In this document: in pieces, positions 53,237 through 56,085 of the stretch
Layout: each line of letters opens with the position of its first letter
Position numbering within the stretch: position 1 is the stretch's first letter
Assembly: GCA_947632545.1 (NCBI GenBank)
Contig: CANRPP010000004.1
Coordinates: forward strand, 1 to 56,085
Direction: 5' to 3'
DNA: 56,085 bases
Source: an uncultured Bacilli bacterium
GTDB lineage: Bacteria; Bacillota_I; Bacilli_A; RF39; UBA660
The notes under the pieces: generated by a model
Seen by the model: the letters and a program-made list of their open reading frames with translations, nothing else
Database searches by the model: none
Told to the model about the DNA's origin: nothing
Made by a program: the position numbers and the translations under genes

Positions 53237-54931
53237 TTATTTAATTTCTGTTTTCATTAAAACTAATCTTTTTTCTAATTTTGATGATATATCTTGAACT
53301 ATAACCTCGTTAAATGGATTTGGTAAATGATATTTTTCAATAAGTTGATTAAAAGGATAATATGATGCCACTTGTGCAATATCTTTAAAAGGTTTTAAAT
53401 CATTAGAACAAGAAGTCCATAAGGCAATTGCACCAAAATAAGAAAGTGCATAATCAATATAGTAAAATGGATCCAAATAAATATGAGATTGTCTGTAAAA
53501 ATATCCACCTGCATCCAAATTAATATGACCTGCATTAGATTTTTCAAGATTATATTTTTTTACTAACTCTAGCCATATTTTTCTAATGTCATCTACTTTT
53601 AAATTTTCTTTAGAATAAATTTTTTCTTGAAATTCATCAACTAAACATATATAAGGCATCATACTAATAAGATTATATAATTTAGAAACAGAAAATTTTT
53701 TATAATCATCAGCATTAAATAGATTTCTTAAATGCTCGATTGATATTAATTCCATAGCGTAAGAAAACATTTCAGCTATTTCCATAGTAGGATATTTAAG
53801 TAATGATGAAACAATATATTTTTTATCTAAAACACTTGAACAATATTTTTGAAAGGCATGCCCAACTTCATGAGTTATAGTAGATATATCTAAATAATTA
53901 TCCTTAAAATTACCTGTTATCACTGGTAAGCCTGTTTCTACTAAATAATTGGTAATAGCAAAATTAACTTTATCATCACGATGAACTAAATCTATATAAC
54001 CATGATTTAATATATTTTTATAAAAATTTCCTAATTCAGTATCAATACTATTAAACGTATTTGATATTTTACTTAATAATTCTTCACCTTTAAATAATAA
54101 ATTGGGCATTTTAGAAAAATAAATAGTATCATAATATTTTAATTCATTAATTCCAAGTTCTTGCTTTTGCCAATTTGTTATTTTATGACATAGTGGAATA
54201 ATATATTTAATTATATTAGATCGAAATTGATCTATATCTTTATAATCATAACCAAATCTTCGATGTTTATATAAACTATAAGCTACATAATTTTTAAATC
54301 CTAATCTTTTTGCTTGTTCATTTCTAACATTAACTAGTTCATAAAGTATATGATCATAATCTTTTTGTTTAGAGTAATAATAATCATTAATAGCATCATG
54401 AGCTTTTTTTCTTATATTTCGATCTTTATTCGAAAAATAACCAGCTATCTTTCCAATAGTTTGTTCTTCACCATCATACATTATTTTACTTCTATTTAGT
54501 TCCCTATAACAGGTTTTTAATTGATTTTCTTTTTGTTGTAATTCTATTATATCTTCTGATGTAATTTTCATTTGAAATTCTATTGTATAAAAAAAGTTAG
54601 TTGGCATTACTTTGCTTAATTTTTCTTTATATTTTGATTCCATTATTATTTGATAAAATGGTACAAACAAAACGTCAAATTTAGGTTTATATTCATTCCA
54701 ATAATCCATTTCTTTTTTAAAAAATTCATCATTTAAATTTCTCATATTCCTTATATCTGCATAATCATACATTTCTTCAATATGATTTTGAATAAAAATT
54801 AATTTTTTACAAATTTCTAAAAACTGAGGATAATTTGAACTTTCTTTCAACTGAACTATTAAAGCATTAATGTTATTACTAGTATCTTCAAAAGATATTC
54901 GATTATATTTTATTTTATTAAAATCAAGCAT
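53237..54931 (-). CDS. pepF: M3-family oligoendopeptidase (PepF-like)
   Basis: 564 aa with the zinc motif HEVGHAF and a downstream E. The length fits the M3B family. Confidence 0.82.
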   Translation of the reverse strand: MLDFNKIKYNRISFEDTSNNINALIVQLKESSNYPQFLEICKKLIFIQNHIEEMYDYADIRNMRNLNDEFFKKEMDYWNEYKPKFDVLFVPFYQIIMESKYKEKLSKVMPTNFFYTIEFQMKITSEDIIELQQKENQLKTCYRELNRSKIMYDGEEQTIGKIAGYFSNKDRNIRKKAHDAINDYYYSKQKDYDHILYELVNVRNEQAKRLGFKNYVAYSLYKHRRFGYDYKDIDQFRSNIIKYIIPLCHKITNWQKQELGINELKYYDTIYFSKMPNLLFKGEELLSKISNTFNSIDTELGNFYKNILNHGYIDLVHRDDKVNFAITNYLVETGLPVITGNFKDNYLDISTITHEVGHAFQKYCSSVLDKKYIVSSLLKYPTMEIAEMFSYAMELISIEHLRNLFNADDYKKFSVSKLYNLISMMPYICLVDEFQEKIYSKENLKVDDIRKIWLELVKKYNLEKSNAGHINLDAGGYFYRQSHIYLDPFYYIDYALSYFGAIALWTSCSNDLKPFKDIAQVASYYPFNQLIEKYHLPNPFNEVIVQDISSKLEKRLVLMKTEIK

Positions 54932-54948
54932 AATATCACCTACAAATA

Positions 54949-55005
54949 TTATAACATAATATATTCAATTCTAATTTCTAGTTTATTAAAATCAATTTTA
55001 ATCAT
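54949..55005 (-). CDS. 18-codon upstream ORF (MIKIDFNKLEIRIEYIML) ahead of pepF
   Basis: AGGAGG lies 7 nt upstream of the ATG. The ORF ends 17 nt before the pepF ATG. It shares the 14-nt string ttgattttaataaa (DFNK) with the pepF 5' end. Confidence 0.3.
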   Translation of the reverse strand: MIKIDFNKLEIRIEYIML

Positions 55006-55016
55006 ATTTTTGCCTC

Positions 55017-55338
55017 CTATTTTTTTACTTTATTTCTTGTTTCATACAAATCTATTGCGCTTTTTAATCCGTTTTCCTTTGCTAAATTTAAATAATAGTC
55101 TGCAAGTTCATAATTAACATCTGTACCTCTACCATTGTAATAGAAATTAGCTCCTAAATCATATATGGCTGCAATATGTCCTTTATCAGCACATTCTTTT
55201 ATAATTTCAAATGCTTTATTATAATCTTGTTCTATTTCTCTAAGTCCAAAATAATAATAAGCTCCTATTACAAATTATACCTAAAACTATTGAAATAATT
55301 AGGCATAAAACTATTATTATTAAATATTTCTTATTCAT
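55017..55338 (-). pseudogene. Membrane-anchored Sel1-like repeat protein, frameshifted
   Basis: The ATG at 55338 gives MNKKYLIIIIVLCLIISIVLGIICN and then runs into a stop. The +1 frame from about 55270 encodes IGAYYYFGLREIEQDYNKAFEIIKECADKGHIAAIYDLGANFYYNGRGTDVNYELADYYLNLAKENG, which is Sel1/TPR-like. Confidence 0.6.
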
Positions 55339-55343
55339 CTTCT

Positions 55344-55622
55344 CTAATCTTTTCCTACAAAAACATTATAAATTTTATTATAGCAATATCCTAATTTTGC
55401 ATGGGTAGAGTCTTTGACTAAAATACCAAGTTCTTCTAATTTATCAATTAATGTAGACACAGTATTTCTTGAAACCCCAGATTCTTCTTCAATTTCTTTT
55501 TTGGTAAATACAATTTGATGAATGATTGCAGGCATTATTCTATAAATTGCATTGCTGCTTAATTTTTCTATTAATTGCATATCTTCTTCGTAAATTTTTT
55601 GAATTCTATTAATTTTTGCCTA
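55344..55622 (-). pseudogene. C-terminal remnant of a Fic-family protein (winged-helix tail)
   Basis: The open frame starts right after a TAG with no upstream coding continuity. FTKKEIEEESGVSRNTVSTLIDKLEELGILVK resembles the wHTH tail of long Fic proteins. There is no convincing RBS at the internal ATG (55580). Confidence 0.4.
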
Positions 55623-55633
55623 AAAGAAAATAA

Positions 55634-55668
55634 AAAATGCACAATAAATCAATAATATTGTGCATTTT
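55634..55668. terminator. Bidirectional terminator hairpin
   Basis: AAAATGCACAATA/TATTGTGCATTTT stem with a 9-nt loop, flanked by A- and T-runs. Confidence 0.55.
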
Positions 55669-55687
55669 TCTCTTTTTTTGACATATT

Positions 55688-55706
55688 TTGCACAACATTT
55701 GTGCAA
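55688..55706. promoter_or_regulatory. Perfect palindrome TTGCACAA-cat-TTGTGCAA (operator-like)
   Basis: 8-bp arms with a 3-nt spacer, directly downstream of a TTGACA hexamer (55678-55683). The same TGCACAA half-site forms the arms of the hairpin at 55634-55668. Confidence 0.35.
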
Positions 55707-55823
55707 TTTATTGCTTTCTTAATCATTTCATAGCATAAGTATAATTTTCAAATTTAATATAGATTACTTACATAAACTTTTTTAAAAATCAGCATTTTTA
55801 ATCAAACTATTATAATTTATGGC

Positions 55824-55848
55824 AAACAAAAATAGAGCCTTTCGGCTC
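55824..55848 (-). terminator. GC-rich GAAA-tetraloop terminator
   Basis: Reverse strand: GAGCC-GAAA-GGCTC followed by TATTTTTGTTT. Confidence 0.55.
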
Positions 55849-55955
55849 CTTCGGGGGCGGTTAGTATTCACGCACTTCTAAGTTTATTTAAATACTTTTA
55901 CCTTTATTTTAAAACTTATAAAATTATTTAGGCAGCACAATTATGAATCAAAGTT

Positions 55956-56006
55956 TAAAATTTTGGTAGTTGAAAAGGTAGTTGAGATTGTTTCTTAACT
56001 ACCTTT
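55956..56006. repeat. Repeated terminator-like hairpin element, copy B (3' of the partial gene at the window end)
   Basis: aaaattttgGTAGTTGAAAAGGTAGTTGagattgtttcttAACTACCTTTTg. See copy A at 53179-53230. Confidence 0.7.
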
Positions 56007-56011
56007 TGTGT

Positions 56012-56085
56012 TTAAATTTTATAATACATTTGATTTTTACTAGTTGGTTTATCGGGAATAGTAAGAGCCACTAGTCCTTCATTTA
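56012..56085 (-). CDS. 3' end of a gene running into the window (C-terminus ...NEGLVALTIPDKPTSKNQMYYKI)
   Basis: Open frame from the window edge to the TAA at 56012-56014. The IPDKPxSKNQ-Y tail resembles C-termini of Fic or AlbA_2-type ATP-binding regulators, from memory only. Confidence 0.4.
   Translation of the reverse strand, partial: NEGLVALTIPDKPTSKNQMYYKI

Noticed and set aside
55826-55880. Minus-strand AACCGCCCCCGAAGGAGCC as a fluoride (crcB) riboswitch
   Set aside because: Only a loose resemblance to the central segment. The 5' GGCGAUGG-type element is missing, and there is no crcB or eriC-type gene downstream.
55850-56085. Plus-strand GGGGGCGGTTAGTATTCAC resembling a tmRNA 5' end
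   Set aside because: There is no tag-peptide reading frame, no pseudoknot-rich GC segments, and no T-arm or CCA-type 3' end in the following 230 nt. The downstream sequence is occupied by a terminator element and a minus-strand gene end.

Overview
Very AT-rich chromosomal segment from a low-GC, endospore-forming Firmicute. Sporulation markers are sigG, yunB, a ylmC/ymxH-like gene and a CotS/YutH-like gene; the exact taxon cannot be assigned without a database search. Nearly all genes lie on the minus strand. Content: (i) a 13-gene tRNA operon (133-1323) with a consensus promoter, containing a tandem tRNA-Ser pair whose second copy has a non-canonical anticodon arm. (ii) A Bacillus-like yut/yun sporulation and housekeeping block, then pflB-pflA and sigG-ylmC. 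(iii) A tightly coupled operon headed by a 2554-aa cyclic beta-1,2-glucan synthase-like giant (GT domain plus GH94-like phosphorylase domain), followed by pgi, an RluA-family synthase, a YaiI-like gene and a membrane thioredoxin-like gene. (iv) A second tRNA cluster (Ile-Asn-Glu, Ser) and a plus-strand tRNA-Lys(CUU). (v) An intergenic region holding an unannotated 30-aa hydrophobic peptide gene with a convergent sRNA-like unit, which I read as a candidate type I toxin-antitoxin. (vi) An ABC exporter, the cell-wall genes ddl and murF (murF carries an N-terminal membrane domain), and rimP-nusA-ylxR-infB / rbfA split by a plus-strand gene encoding six sigma-70 region-4-like HTH modules. (vii) glmS, ttcA, class I aldolase, a CDF transporter and similar housekeeping genes. 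(viii) A decaying accessory region (51.4-56.1 kb) with a RhuM/Fic pseudogene, a Sel1-repeat pseudogene, a Fic C-terminal remnant, repeated terminator hairpins and a GC-rich hairpin island. No CRISPR array, rRNA, intact IS or transposase, or recognisable riboswitch was seen. All calls come from reading the sequence and remembered family motifs. No searches or folding programs were run.
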